Assembly: GCA_964493975.1 (NCBI GenBank)
Contig: CAZBQK010000002.1
Coordinates: forward strand, 1 to 62,887
DNA length: 62,887 nucleotides
Direction of reading: 5' to 3'
Origin: an uncultured Dehalococcoidales bacterium
GTDB lineage: Bacteria > Chloroflexota > UBA6077 > FW602-bin22 > CADDYW01
The notes under the pieces were generated by a model that did no database searches, was not told the DNA's origin, and saw nothing but the letters and a program-made list of their open reading frames with translations. Shown here piece by piece: positions 35,594-44,633 of the stretch. Numbering within the stretch: the stretch's first letter is position 1; the number at the start of each line of letters is the position of its first letter. A program made the position numbers and the translations under genes.

Positions 35594-37579
35594 TTACTCC
35601 TGGCTGACGCGTTGCCACGCGCGCAGCACTTCCGCGACGCTCCACGCCTGTGCGATGCATCCTCCCGGCGCGTGTGGTGGGTCGCCGTCGAAAACTTCGC
35701 CGATCGATCCCAACCCGATACCCGTCGACGTCCCGATCAGCCGTTCCAGAGCCGTGCGCAGTCGGGATATGTCCCGACCGGAGCGACGGCAAGCGTCGGC
35801 GTATCCCCCGAGCAGCCACGGCCAGACCGTTCCCTGGTGGTATGCCGAATCACGTCGGCGCTGGTCTCCGCCGTACCGCCCGACATACGCCGGATCGTCC
35901 GGGGAAAGTGAGCGAAGGCCGACCGGTGTTAGCAGCTTGTCGTCAATCTGGTCGAGGACCGACTCCCATCGCCGAGCGTCAAGAGTCGGATAGGTCAGAC
36001 CGATTGCGAAGAGTTGATTTGGTCGAAGTTTGGGGTCATCGCCATCCTCACCGTCGACGACGTCATACAGGTATCCCCGATCGCCGTTCCAAAAGCGACG
36101 ATTAAAGCTGTCGTAGACCTGGTCGGCGCTTTCGCGATAGTCGAGTTGGACGTGACCGAGTCGCGTGGTCCACGCGTCCATGAGTCGGAGGGCGTTGTAC
36201 CAGAGTGCGTTCACCTCGACTGGCTTGCCGTGTCGCGGCGTCACAACCCAGTCCCCGACTTTCGCGTCCATCCACGTGAGCTGTAGTCCCGGCGCCCCGC
36301 CGGTCAATAGTCCGTCCGATTCGTCGACGCCAATACCGAATCTCGTCCCTTCGCGATGCCAACGAATGATCTCGACCAGGGTCGGATAGACCTCGGCCAG
36401 AAGATCATCATCCCGAGAAGCGTCGAGATAGTGCTCGACGGCCCAGAAATACCAGAATGACGCGTCAATCGTGTTGTACTCCGGGGGCGTGCCTTCATCG
36501 GGAAGCCGGTTGGGAATCTGACCGTGGTCGACGAGGCGAGCGTAGCGGCGAAGAACGTCCTTCGCCTCGGAAAAACGCGCGTTCGCCACCAGGAGCCCTG
36601 GTAGCGAGATCATGGTGTCGCGGCCCCATTCGCAGAACCAGTGGTATCCAGCGATCGTCCCGCCGCCACGAGGTTCAGTCGCGACCGTGGGACGAGTATG
36701 GACGACAAACGCATCGGCAGCGAGGACAATGTCGCGCAAACCGGGTATACCAAGGCCAATTGGCGACGACGTCCAGAGTCGGCGCTGTCGATCGCGGCGG
36801 CGCGCTAACGAGGCCGCCGGGTCACGAGACAAATCGCTCCACTCGTCGGTGCTCGCCTGAATCGCGAACGACTCGTTCGGCCCAATCGTGCTCACGAAAA
36901 GTCCGGGAGTGTATAGGTCGTCGAGGTAGTCGAGGCCACGATCCCGCTCAACCCGATGCAAGTACCGCCAATACCAGACGCCCGTCTGAATCAATCTAAC
37001 TCCCGGAATGGCCCGAACCCGTAGGATGGCCGCGCCGGGATACGCCCCGATCTCGGTCCCCTCTGGGACGTCTGCAACGTGAAACGTCCAATCCGGTGCC
37101 CCCGCGGTTTCGTGGTGAAAGTCGCGGTAGTTGAGAAACAGACTGGCCCGCAAGGTGATGGGCTGGGACCCCGGTTCGAGCGCGTACAGTGCGGTAATTG
37201 TGTTTTGACCGTCATCCATCCAGATCGTTTTGGTCAGAGACGCGCCCGGTACGTCGTAAACAAACGTCGGGATACCGTCGTCGATTCGTACCTCGCGAAG
37301 ATGAATGTAACCGTTTGGGTTGACCGTTCCGTCCTTAAACTCGCTGGCGCCAAGGTAGAAGGAGCGGTCCTCCGAGATAACTTCCTCTTCGATCTTTGCG
37401 AGCACGAGGGTTCGCGCAGCGGGCGGGCGCAACGCCGCAATTAGGAGCCCGTGGTAGCGCCGGGTGTTGATGCCCGAGATAGTGCTGGAGGCATAGCCGC
37501 CGACCCCGTTCGTTACTAACCACTCGAGCTCGACCACGCGGTCGAAAACCGAGCACGTATCACGACCAATTGTGATCAA
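35594..37579 (-). CDS. Glycogen debranching enzyme (amylo-alpha-1,6-glucosidase, GDE_N/GDE_C bacterial-archaeal type).
   Basis: EWLVTNGVGGYASSTISGINTRRYHGLLIAA, HWFCEWGRDTMISLPGL, LTWMDAKV and AYHQGTVWPWLLG. Confidence 0.88.
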   Translation of the reverse strand: MITIGRDTCSVFDRVVELEWLVTNGVGGYASSTISGINTRRYHGLLIAALRPPAARTLVLAKIEEEVISEDRSFYLGASEFKDGTVNPNGYIHLREVRIDDGIPTFVYDVPGASLTKTIWMDDGQNTITALYALEPGSQPITLRASLFLNYRDFHHETAGAPDWTFHVADVPEGTEIGAYPGAAILRVRAIPGVRLIQTGVWYWRYLHRVERDRGLDYLDDLYTPGLFVSTIGPNESFAIQASTDEWSDLSRDPAASLARRRDRQRRLWTSSPIGLGIPGLRDIVLAADAFVVHTRPTVATEPRGGGTIAGYHWFCEWGRDTMISLPGLLVANARFSEAKDVLRRYARLVDHGQIPNRLPDEGTPPEYNTIDASFWYFWAVEHYLDASRDDDLLAEVYPTLVEIIRWHREGTRFGIGVDESDGLLTGGAPGLQLTWMDAKVGDWVVTPRHGKPVEVNALWYNALRLMDAWTTRLGHVQLDYRESADQVYDSFNRRFWNGDRGYLYDVVDGEDGDDPKLRPNQLFAIGLTYPTLDARRWESVLDQIDDKLLTPVGLRSLSPDDPAYVGRYGGDQRRRDSAYHQGTVWPWLLGGYADACRRSGRDISRLRTALERLIGTSTGIGLGSIGEVFDGDPPHAPGGCIAQAWSVAEVLRAWQRVSQE

Positions 37580-37711
37580 TTCGTGCCTTCCAACTCAGTC
37601 TGACTTAGTCTGAAACGTCTCGAGATTGGAGCGGGTTCGTTGGCGTGGGTCGCACGGCCGTCGCCGCGGCTTCGGTTATTGTAACCTGCTTTCACGACGA
37701 AATTTCATTGC

Positions 37712-38482
37712 TTAGGCGCGTTGAGTAATCCGTTCAAAAAGCTCGGTCGTCGCCGCTATTATCGCGTCGACCGGGCACTGTCGAACGTCCGCGACGGCCT
37801 GGGCAACCCCCACTAGATCGGCTGGCTCGGTCGTTCGACCCGGCAACGGGTACGTGTCGGTCTCGAGAAGTAGGCGATCCAGCGGAATTGCTCGGATGGC
37901 GGCGCGAAGGGCCCAGTTTGCCGGACGGGTAATGGGCTTCCCTACCGAGATAAGCAGGCCGGCGTCGAGTAGGCGAAACGCGTCTTTCCAATCACCGGTG
38001 AAGTAGTGGCAAATTGCGCCACGATCGACGGGAAAGCGTTCCCGCACGACCGCGAGCGCCTCGTCGACGGCGCCCACCAGGTGGAGGTTAACTGGCTTTC
38101 GCACCTGACTGGCGAGCGCCAGCATCGTCGCAAGGGCGTCGAGCTGGGTGGTGAGATCGGTGGGACCGTTCTGAGTGTCGACGCCGATTTCTCCGATGAA
38201 CCCAACCGAAGGCTCGGACGCGAGCCTTGTAAGTTCGGCGAGGGACTCGATCCCGACGGGAGATCGAACTTCAACGGGATGCACTCCTACCGCGGCGACG
38301 ACGTCGTTCCGGCCGCGCGCCAGCTCAACGTTCCAATGCGAGGTGGCCAGGTCAACTCCAATTGCGACGACCTGCCGAACCCCGACCGCCGCCGCCCTCG
38401 ACAAGAGCCCGTCGATGTTGGCGTACGAGTGAAGGTGGACGTGGGTGTCCACGAGACCCAAGGTTGACATCGCACCGCCCAC
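37712..38482 (-). CDS. TatD-family metal-dependent hydrolase.
   Basis: LVDTHVHL at the N-terminus; TIM-barrel length of about 250 aa; ETDTYP near the C-terminus. The start is GTG 38482 or ATG 38470. Confidence 0.8.
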   Translation of the reverse strand: MGGAMSTLGLVDTHVHLHSYANIDGLLSRAAAVGVRQVVAIGVDLATSHWNVELARGRNDVVAAVGVHPVEVRSPVGIESLAELTRLASEPSVGFIGEIGVDTQNGPTDLTTQLDALATMLALASQVRKPVNLHLVGAVDEALAVVRERFPVDRGAICHYFTGDWKDAFRLLDAGLLISVGKPITRPANWALRAAIRAIPLDRLLLETDTYPLPGRTTEPADLVGVAQAVADVRQCPVDAIIAATTELFERITQRA

Positions 38483-38491
38483 GAGCCTTTC

Positions 38492-39049
38492 CTACGACGC
38501 AAGGCCAAGCTGGGGAGCGATCTCGCGCATTGCCTGGAGGACGAACGCGATGTGTTCGTCGAGCGTCACGCCGAGTAACTCCGCCCCCGCGACGATGTCC
38601 TCCCGCCGAACGGCTCGGGCGAAAGCCTTGTCTTTCATCTTCTTCTTGACCGACGAGACCTCGACATCGGCCAGGCTCTTGCTTGGGCGAACGAGGGCCA
38701 CCGCAATGACAAAGCCACTGAGCTCGTCGACGGCCGGAAGACATTTGTCCATCCAGCTGCGTCGTTCCAGGTTGAGGTAGTCAGCGTGAGCCAGAATTGT
38801 GTAGATGACGGCTTCTGGCACCCCGGCCTCCCGAAGAATGGGCGCGCCGGCGGTTGGATGCTGCTGGGCGTTCGGATGTATTTCCCAGTCGAAGTCGTGG
38901 AGCAGCCCGGCCAATCCCCACTCGTCAGGATCTCCACCGTAGCGAACCGCGTAGGCTCGCATTGCTGCCTCCGCCGCCAAACAATGGTAAATGAGCCCCT
39001 CGCCTTTGACGTAATCGCGCAGCAGAGCCAGTGCCGCGGAACGATCCAC
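38492..39049 (-). CDS. HD-domain phosphohydrolase.
   Basis: ...IYHCLAAEAAMRAY...GLLHDFDWE (HD motif). GTG 39049 sits 5 nt after GGAGG. Confidence 0.75.
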   Translation of the reverse strand: MDRSAALALLRDYVKGEGLIYHCLAAEAAMRAYAVRYGGDPDEWGLAGLLHDFDWEIHPNAQQHPTAGAPILREAGVPEAVIYTILAHADYLNLERRSWMDKCLPAVDELSGFVIAVALVRPSKSLADVEVSSVKKKMKDKAFARAVRREDIVAGAELLGVTLDEHIAFVLQAMREIAPQLGLAS

Positions 39050-40777
39050 TTAAGCCTCCTCGGGCGTACGCGCCCGCCAATTACACTTTGGGCGACTGTT
39101 CGCTCGCTTGCGAGCCTTGAACGCCCGGTAGTCGATCCAGGGAAACGGGTTGTCCAGCTCTTCAATCCTTTTGACGAATTGCTCGTCCTCGTCGTGGAGA
39201 CGTGGCGCTCCCGCGATTAGCGCGAGACGATTGAATCGCGAGAGGTGCCCCTGGAAGCGCGAGAAAGCGTACTCGCGCGCTTGACCGGTACTGATCAAAA
39301 ACGGCCAGTCGCTGGACTCGAGCAGCAATAATTCTCGTGCCGCCTGGTTGAGAACGCACTTACGCCAGCCGACTTCGTCTGGGAAGCGAGCAACCAGCAG
39401 CTCCATCTCGCTCTCGGCCGCGTGGACGAGCGGCCAGACCCATTCGGTGTTTGGATTTAGCCAGGTCCAGTGATTACCACCGGATCCCCAGGAGCTTTCG
39501 GGAAGGTTGAGCGCCGAGGTTGGCGGGAAGCGATCGAGGTACTCGGCAGCCGTCGTCATGCCGATGGTCTCTTGCTTAGCCAGCCGTCGAAGAACCTGTT
39601 TGATCCACTCGACTCCCTCGAACCACCAGTGACCAAATAGCTCGGTATCGTAGGCGGATACGATCAAACCGGGCGTCCGGTCCGGCGAATGATGATTGCA
39701 AACGATGTCGGCAAGCAGTCGAACGAAGTGGTCCGCATGAATCTGGACTTGGGCGAGAGCCCGGTCGGGATCGTACAGGTCCTTGTCCTGGAGGTCGATC
39801 TCCGCGCCGCTAACGCGCCAGTACTGGAGACCGGACTCCGGGTCTTTTCGGTGGAACTCGCGGTAGAGAAAGTCACCGGGATATCCTTGCTTTGCCGACC
39901 AGACCTGGGTGCCGGTCCGCGCATCGCGCCCAAAGGCCGCGACCCGAGACGAGCGAACGTAATACGGCCGCAGAGCCGTTCGCTCTTCGTCTCGGTCGAC
40001 GACGGTCGATGGCGCCGCCAGATCACGGTCCGGCAGACCGCCGTACGGGCCATGCACGTCGTTTGCAATCTTGCCGACGAGCGCGCTACCTTCGATCACG
40101 CTCGTGTCGGTAAAGAAGTAGTCTATTCCCCGGTTCGCGAGAAACTCTTCGATGCCCGGAACATAATCGCCATTTCCTTGTCCGTAAAAGGCCGGCCGAT
40201 ATCCACACTCCGGGAGCCAGATCCCACGTGGGTGGTGGCCAAGGTGCCGTCGAGTTGTCTGGGTACCGACCTCGAGCTGGGCGTCGATCGAAGAGTCTCT
40301 TTCGAGCAAAGGCAGATAGCCGTGGGTCGCCGCACTGGTGATGATGTCGAGAACACCTTCGACTCGAAGCCGACGAAACGCGCCGACGACGTCTCGGTCG
40401 AATCGTCGCTCGTACGTGTCCTGGATGCCCGAGTACCACGATGCGTAATACCTCGCCAGTGCCGCCTGCCGATCCAGACCCTCCCGAACAAAACGCTTGG
40501 CGTCGCGCTTTGCGACCTCAATCTCCTCGGCCAGGTACAGCTCGAAATGACGGTTGACCTCCGGGTCGGCAAGCTGTTCGAGGAGGATTGGCGTGAGGCC
40601 AAGGGTCAACCGTGGTTTCAGTCCTTCTTGGATCAAATCGAATAAGGCGTTGAGTAGCGGAACGTACGTCTCGGCCAGGGCCTCGTGAATCATCTCTTCA
40701 CCGTGAGGCCAGCGACCGGCATTCCGAACGTATGGCAGGTGGCTATGCAGGACGAAAGTGAAATAGCCCCGCGGCAT
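39050..40777 (-). CDS. GH57-family 1,4-alpha-glucan branching enzyme.
   Basis: YFTFVLHSHLPYVRNAGRWPHGEEMIHEA, WLPECGY and DTELFGHWWFEG are GH57 branching-enzyme hallmarks. ATG 40777 sits 7 nt after AGGAG; the ORF-track ATG 40798 has no SD. Confidence 0.88.
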   Translation of the reverse strand: MPRGYFTFVLHSHLPYVRNAGRWPHGEEMIHEALAETYVPLLNALFDLIQEGLKPRLTLGLTPILLEQLADPEVNRHFELYLAEEIEVAKRDAKRFVREGLDRQAALARYYASWYSGIQDTYERRFDRDVVGAFRRLRVEGVLDIITSAATHGYLPLLERDSSIDAQLEVGTQTTRRHLGHHPRGIWLPECGYRPAFYGQGNGDYVPGIEEFLANRGIDYFFTDTSVIEGSALVGKIANDVHGPYGGLPDRDLAAPSTVVDRDEERTALRPYYVRSSRVAAFGRDARTGTQVWSAKQGYPGDFLYREFHRKDPESGLQYWRVSGAEIDLQDKDLYDPDRALAQVQIHADHFVRLLADIVCNHHSPDRTPGLIVSAYDTELFGHWWFEGVEWIKQVLRRLAKQETIGMTTAAEYLDRFPPTSALNLPESSWGSGGNHWTWLNPNTEWVWPLVHAAESEMELLVARFPDEVGWRKCVLNQAARELLLLESSDWPFLISTGQAREYAFSRFQGHLSRFNRLALIAGAPRLHDEDEQFVKRIEELDNPFPWIDYRAFKARKRANSRPKCNWRARTPEEA

Positions 40778-40862
40778 GGAATGGCTCCTGGGGAACATGA
40801 ATGATGGTCGTCATGATTGTACTGCCGGATTGGTCATTTGCTCGACCATTCCGCGGACCATG

Positions 40863-40891
40863 AAAAAACCCCTCTCCCGGTGGGACAGGGG
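40863..40891 (-). terminator. Rho-independent terminator after the bifunctional nuclease gene; belongs to the CCCTGTCCC/GGGAGAGGG hairpin family.
   Basis: The minus strand reads cccctgtccc-acc-gggagagggg followed by tttttt. The stem has one central G.G mismatch. Confidence 0.7.
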
Positions 40892-40926
40892 TTCGCTTGG
40901 GCGAGATTCCTGGCTGGCGACCTGCC

Positions 40927-41469
40927 TTACTTGTCTCGCTTGCCCAAGTCGTCTAAATCCAGCGTATTAATGAAGTCGCGGAAAACGGACAGTTTTCTAG
41001 CTTCTTCCTCGCGTACTGCTGGGGGCGTTTCGCCGGTCGACTCGGTTTCTTGCCCGGCCGCTTCGGCGTCGAGGGCCACCCCCGCCTTTTCGAGAACAGT
41101 GTCGTCGGCAAAGATCGGAGCCTGGACCCGGACCGCCAGCGCGATCGCGTCACTCGGTCGAGAATCGATTTCGACGTGCCGGCCATCGATGTCAATGTTT
41201 ACTCGGGCGAAGAAGACGTCGTTTTCGAGATCGTTAACGATTATCCGGGTTACCTTTGCCCCGAGCTCTCCGATCACGGACTTCAACAGGTCGTGGGTCT
41301 GAGGCCGCGGTACGGGCACATTTTGAAGCTGAATGACGATCGCATCCGCTTCGTTGTTTCCAATCCAAATGGGGAGGTACCGCTCTGAGGCTTTCTCTTT
41401 GAGGACGACAACCCGCTGGTACGTCTGCAGATTTACCCGGACGCTTTCCACGACCATCTCGACCAGCAT
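40927..41469 (-). CDS. Bifunctional nuclease family protein (BFN/DUF151).
   Basis: VVLKEKASERYLPIWIGNNEADAI and TRPQTHDLL-type motifs. ATG sits 7 nt after GAGGAG. Confidence 0.8.
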   Translation of the reverse strand: MLVEMVVESVRVNLQTYQRVVVLKEKASERYLPIWIGNNEADAIVIQLQNVPVPRPQTHDLLKSVIGELGAKVTRIIVNDLENDVFFARVNIDIDGRHVEIDSRPSDAIALAVRVQAPIFADDTVLEKAGVALDAEAAGQETESTGETPPAVREEEARKLSVFRDFINTLDLDDLGKRDK

Positions 41470-41558
41470 GACGGTTCTCCTCTCGATAGGGCGACGGAAT
41501 CAAACGGTAGACTGTGCTGGCGCCTCTCGCAGATCACGTGCCACTGGCAGGCAGAGTC

Positions 41559-41587
41559 AGTATAAAAATGCCACTAGTCTTTGTCAA
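41559..41587 (-). promoter_or_regulatory. Near-consensus promoter TTGACA-17-TATACT for the bifunctional nuclease gene.
   Basis: Read on the minus strand, about 85-115 nt upstream of ATG 41469. Confidence 0.55.
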
Positions 41588-41648
41588 GCGAGCGGCGGCC
41601 ATAAACAGACGTCCTAGCAAGCGTTGGCTGTTTAGCTGCGCCCGCCGA

Positions 41649-41657
41649 TGCTATAAT
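41649..41657 (+). promoter_or_regulatory. Extended -10 element TGcTATAAT ending 6 nt before the coaX ATG, which predicts a leaderless mRNA.
   Basis: gaTGcTATAATgcgctcATG. There is no SD between the -10 box and the ATG. Confidence 0.45.
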
Positions 41658-41663
41658 GCGCTC

Positions 41664-42461
41664 ATGTTGCTCGCCATTGACGTTGGAAATACCAACATCG
41701 TCGTCGGATTGCACGACAGTCGTCGTTGGCTCGACAGCTGGCGAGCGGCGACCGATGCATCTCGAATGGCGGACGAGTACGCGGTCCTTCTCGACGGCTT
41801 CTTCCGGTACGCCGGCGTCTCGCTTCGCGACGTTTCGTCTGTCGTGGTGTCAAGTGTCGTTCCGGCGCTGACCGCCACGTTCGTCGAGCTGGCGAAGCGC
41901 TTCTGTCGGTGCGATCCGGTTATCGTGGGAGCCGGGATCGAGACCGGAATCAAGATCCTGTATGAGAATCCGAGAGAAGTGGGCGCAGACCGCATCGCGA
42001 ACGCCGTGGCCACGCTCAAGCTTCACGGTGGCCCGGCCATCGTGATTGACTTCGGGACCGCGACGACTTTCGATGCACTTTCGGGAAATGGCGAGTACCT
42101 TGGAGGCGCCATTGCGCCGGGCCTGACCATTGCCGCCGACGCGCTTTTCCAGCACGCCGCCCGTCTTTTTCGGGTTGAGCTCAAACAGCCGGACGTCGCC
42201 ATCGGGCGTAACACCAGCGCGAGCGTGCAGTCTGGAATAATCTTTGGTTACGTCGGGCTCATCGAAGGGTTGATCGCGCGTTTCCGACAGGAAATGGTGG
42301 ACATGGGACCGGCGAAGGTAATCGCAACTGGCGGTCTAGCTGACGTCATCGCCAGCCAGACGACTATGGTCGACATCATCGATCCAATGTTGACGCTCGA
42401 AGGCCTGCGCCTCATATACGAGATGAATCGGCAGACAGTGGCGGCCGGGACGGTCCCGTGA
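41664..42461 (+). CDS. coaX: Type III pantothenate kinase.
   Basis: MLLAIDVGNTNIVVGL, GADRIANAVA and IVIDFGTATTFD. The ORF-track start at 41514 is upstream of the promoter-like box. Confidence 0.9.
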   Translation: MLLAIDVGNTNIVVGLHDSRRWLDSWRAATDASRMADEYAVLLDGFFRYAGVSLRDVSSVVVSSVVPALTATFVELAKRFCRCDPVIVGAGIETGIKILYENPREVGADRIANAVATLKLHGGPAIVIDFGTATTFDALSGNGEYLGGAIAPGLTIAADALFQHAARLFRVELKQPDVAIGRNTSASVQSGIIFGYVGLIEGLIARFRQEMVDMGPAKVIATGGLADVIASQTTMVDIIDPMLTLEGLRLIYEMNRQTVAAGTVP

Positions 42462-43675
42462 CCGACGTCCTCCAGGGAAAGCGAATCATTCTGGGTGTAT
42501 CCGGCAGTATCGCCGCCTTCAAGGCAGTTGCACTTGCCAGCGAGCTGACGAAAGCTGGCGCTCTCGCCGACGTTATTCTGACCCCAGCCGCTCAGCGTTT
42601 CGTGACCCCGTTGAGCTTCTCCGCCATCACTCACCGGCCGGTGCTCACCGACCTGTGGGAAGGTTCTTCAAGTTCCGTCCCTCACGTCTCACTCGGCGTT
42701 GGCGCCGACGCATTTATCGTCGCGCCCGCCACCGCCGACTGTATCGCCGGACTTGCGCTAGGACTCGCCGACGATGCCCTGCGAGCCACCGCGCTTTCAT
42801 CGGTCGCACCGATATTTCTCGCGCCAGCTATGGAAACCCTGATGCTCGAGCATCCGGCAACCCAGGCGAACCTCGAAACGTTGCGCCGGCGCGGAGCCCT
42901 GATCCTCGAGCCGACGTCCGGTCACCTCGCCTCGGGCCGGGTTGGCCGAGGGAGGATGGCGGAGCCCCTGGAGATTCTGTCGGCCCTACGCGCCCGGTTC
43001 GGTCGGGTCCAGGAGCTCGCCGGCCGCCGGATCGTCGTGACGGCCGGCGGCACCCAGGAGCCAATCGATCCGGTGCGCTTCATTGGTAATCGATCGAGTG
43101 GAAAAATGGGCTTTGCTCTTGCCGAATCGGCTCGGGATCGGGGAGCCTCGGTCGTGCTCGTGACCGGACCCACGGCCCTTCGGGCGCCAGATCGGGTCGA
43201 GGTCCGAGCGGTGTCCACCGCCGAAGAAATGCGAGACGCCATCCACGCCGCGGTCGTCGGCGCCGACGCGATCGTCATGGCCGCCGCCGTGGCCGACTAC
43301 CGGGTGGCGTCGATCGCGGACCACAAGATGAAACGTGGGCCCGAGGCATTAACTCTTCGGCTCGTGCCCAACCCTGACATTATCGCGGGTCTCGCCACGG
43401 CCACATTAATTAAAGTCGGCTTCGCCGCGGAAACCGAGAATGTGCTCGCAAATGCCCGCGCGAAGCTAGAACGGAAAGGTCTGGACTTGATCGTCGCGAA
43501 CGACGTCTCGTCGCCCGGCTCCGGATTTGGAACCGATACCAACCAGGTTATTCTGATCGATCGGGCTCGCGCCGAGCCTTTACCCCTTCTGTCAAAACGA
43601 GAGGTAGCGGAGCGGGTGGTCGACCGGATCGTCCAGCTACTCGCGACGCCGCGCGTCCTCCAGCCGGCGACCTAG
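42458..43675 (+). CDS. coaBC: Bifunctional phosphopantothenoylcysteine decarboxylase / phosphopantothenate-cysteine ligase.
   Basis: ILGVSGSIAAFKA (flavoprotein N-terminal domain), VTAGGTQEPIDPVRFIGNRSSGKMG, and AAAVADYR (CoaB). The GTG start overlaps the coaX stop (GTGA). Confidence 0.92.
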   Translation: MTDVLQGKRIILGVSGSIAAFKAVALASELTKAGALADVILTPAAQRFVTPLSFSAITHRPVLTDLWEGSSSSVPHVSLGVGADAFIVAPATADCIAGLALGLADDALRATALSSVAPIFLAPAMETLMLEHPATQANLETLRRRGALILEPTSGHLASGRVGRGRMAEPLEILSALRARFGRVQELAGRRIVVTAGGTQEPIDPVRFIGNRSSGKMGFALAESARDRGASVVLVTGPTALRAPDRVEVRAVSTAEEMRDAIHAAVVGADAIVMAAAVADYRVASIADHKMKRGPEALTLRLVPNPDIIAGLATATLIKVGFAAETENVLANARAKLERKGLDLIVANDVSSPGSGFGTDTNQVILIDRARAEPLPLLSKREVAERVVDRIVQLLATPRVLQPAT

Positions 43676-43681
43676 CCAGGC

Positions 43682-43703
43682 CACGGCGCGGTCCACCGCG
43701 CCG
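43682..43703. terminator. GC-rich hairpin acggcgcgg-tcca-ccgcgccgt between convergent coaBC and bactofilin genes.
   Basis: Perfect 9-bp stem in a 43-nt convergent gap. There is no U-tract on either strand. Confidence 0.35.
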
Positions 43704-43718
43704 TCGCGATTGGCTCAG

Positions 43719-44333
43719 TTAGACGTGTTCGGCGACCGCGGGTACTGGCGCGGGATGCTTAGTTGACTTCTCGGGAACCAGCTTGAGCCCACCATCGCGG
43801 GATGCAGGGGCCGGAGCTGGAGTGACCGCCGTCTCATTCCGGGTCATGTGGACCTGTCCCTCGATATACGCGCCCTCGAAGACGGTGAGCGAGCGGGTCG
43901 TGAGCTCGGCGCGGACTCGGCCGGTCGGCATGATCTCCAGGCGATCGGTGCAATTGACCTCGCCCTCGATATCGCCGGCGATCACGACCTTGGCGGCTCG
44001 GATCTTCGCGTTTACCTTCGCCGACTCGGCGACGAAAACCGTCTCACGCGCGTCGATCTCGCCCGAAACCTGCCCGTCAATTCGCACACTGCCGTCAATT
44101 TTCAGGTTCCCCTGCCAGCAAGAGCCAAACGACACGACGCTTGAGTGATCGTCGATGTCGACGCTAAGAGCTGGTAGCTGCATCGCCGAGTCGCTTGTCG
44201 CGGTTTTCAACGAATCCTGCCCTTCCGCGCTCGACGCGCCCTCGGATTCCGATTTCTGGGCATACCGCTCCGCGGGCTTGAGCGCTTGTCGCATTTGTTC
44301 AAACTCCTTGATGCTGTCTTTCTTTCCGAACAT
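43719..44333 (-). CDS. Bactofilin (polymer-forming cytoskeletal protein, DUF583).
   Basis: The beta-helix repeat region is GNLKIDGSVRIDGQVSGEIDARETVFVAESAKVNAKIRAAKVVIAGDIEGEVNCTDRLEIMPTGRVRAELTTRSLTVFEGAYIEGQV. ATG 44333 sits 8 nt after GGAGG. The rest of the 553-aa ORF-track entry is antisense to gap. Confidence 0.8.
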   Translation of the reverse strand: MFGKKDSIKEFEQMRQALKPAERYAQKSESEGASSAEGQDSLKTATSDSAMQLPALSVDIDDHSSVVSFGSCWQGNLKIDGSVRIDGQVSGEIDARETVFVAESAKVNAKIRAAKVVIAGDIEGEVNCTDRLEIMPTGRVRAELTTRSLTVFEGAYIEGQVHMTRNETAVTPAPAPASRDGGLKLVPEKSTKHPAPVPAVAEHV

Positions 44334-44633
44334 TCCCGTTGACCTCCGCTCGCGAAACGTTATCGGCCGCGCCAGAATCACGAGTCTCGCTTCGCGGACT
44401 CGTCCCGGTACTCGCCTGTTGTCGGTGTGGGATGCCAATGTCAAGGGTACGGGTAACCGCCGCGCTCCGACAAGCCCAAAACGCCACGCCGTATGGGTAA
44501 TTCGGGCCAGCCCAGTCAAGTCAGGACCAATGGGGGATCGAAGTCGCGTTCGATGTCTCGCTTGGAGGTCGGCATACATAATGCCGACGAATCCGGCTAG
44601 TTTAACGCGAATCGCGTTTCGGTGGAGGCGCAG

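Noticed and set aside
37580-37711. 132-nt gap upstream of the debranching-enzyme gene, with a TACAAT box and a sequence (gggtcgcacggccgtcgcc) resembling the palindrome at 82-103.
   Set aside because: I found no acceptable -35 at proper spacing. The palindrome resemblance is partial and does not fold into a clean stem.
40199-40207. atatccaca, an 8/9 match to the DnaA box TTATCCACA.
   Set aside because: It is a single occurrence inside the GH57 coding sequence with no clustering or AT-rich unwinding element, so it is most likely chance.
39689-40645. 318-aa plus-strand ORF. Many similar 60-300-aa ORFs occur opposite large genes, for example 10048-10878, 19085-19894, 23335-23970, 58943-59800 and 59898-60548.
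   Set aside because: All lie entirely within, and antisense or out of frame to, genes with strong family signatures. They are Arg/Pro/Gly-rich, as expected for GC-rich shadow frames.
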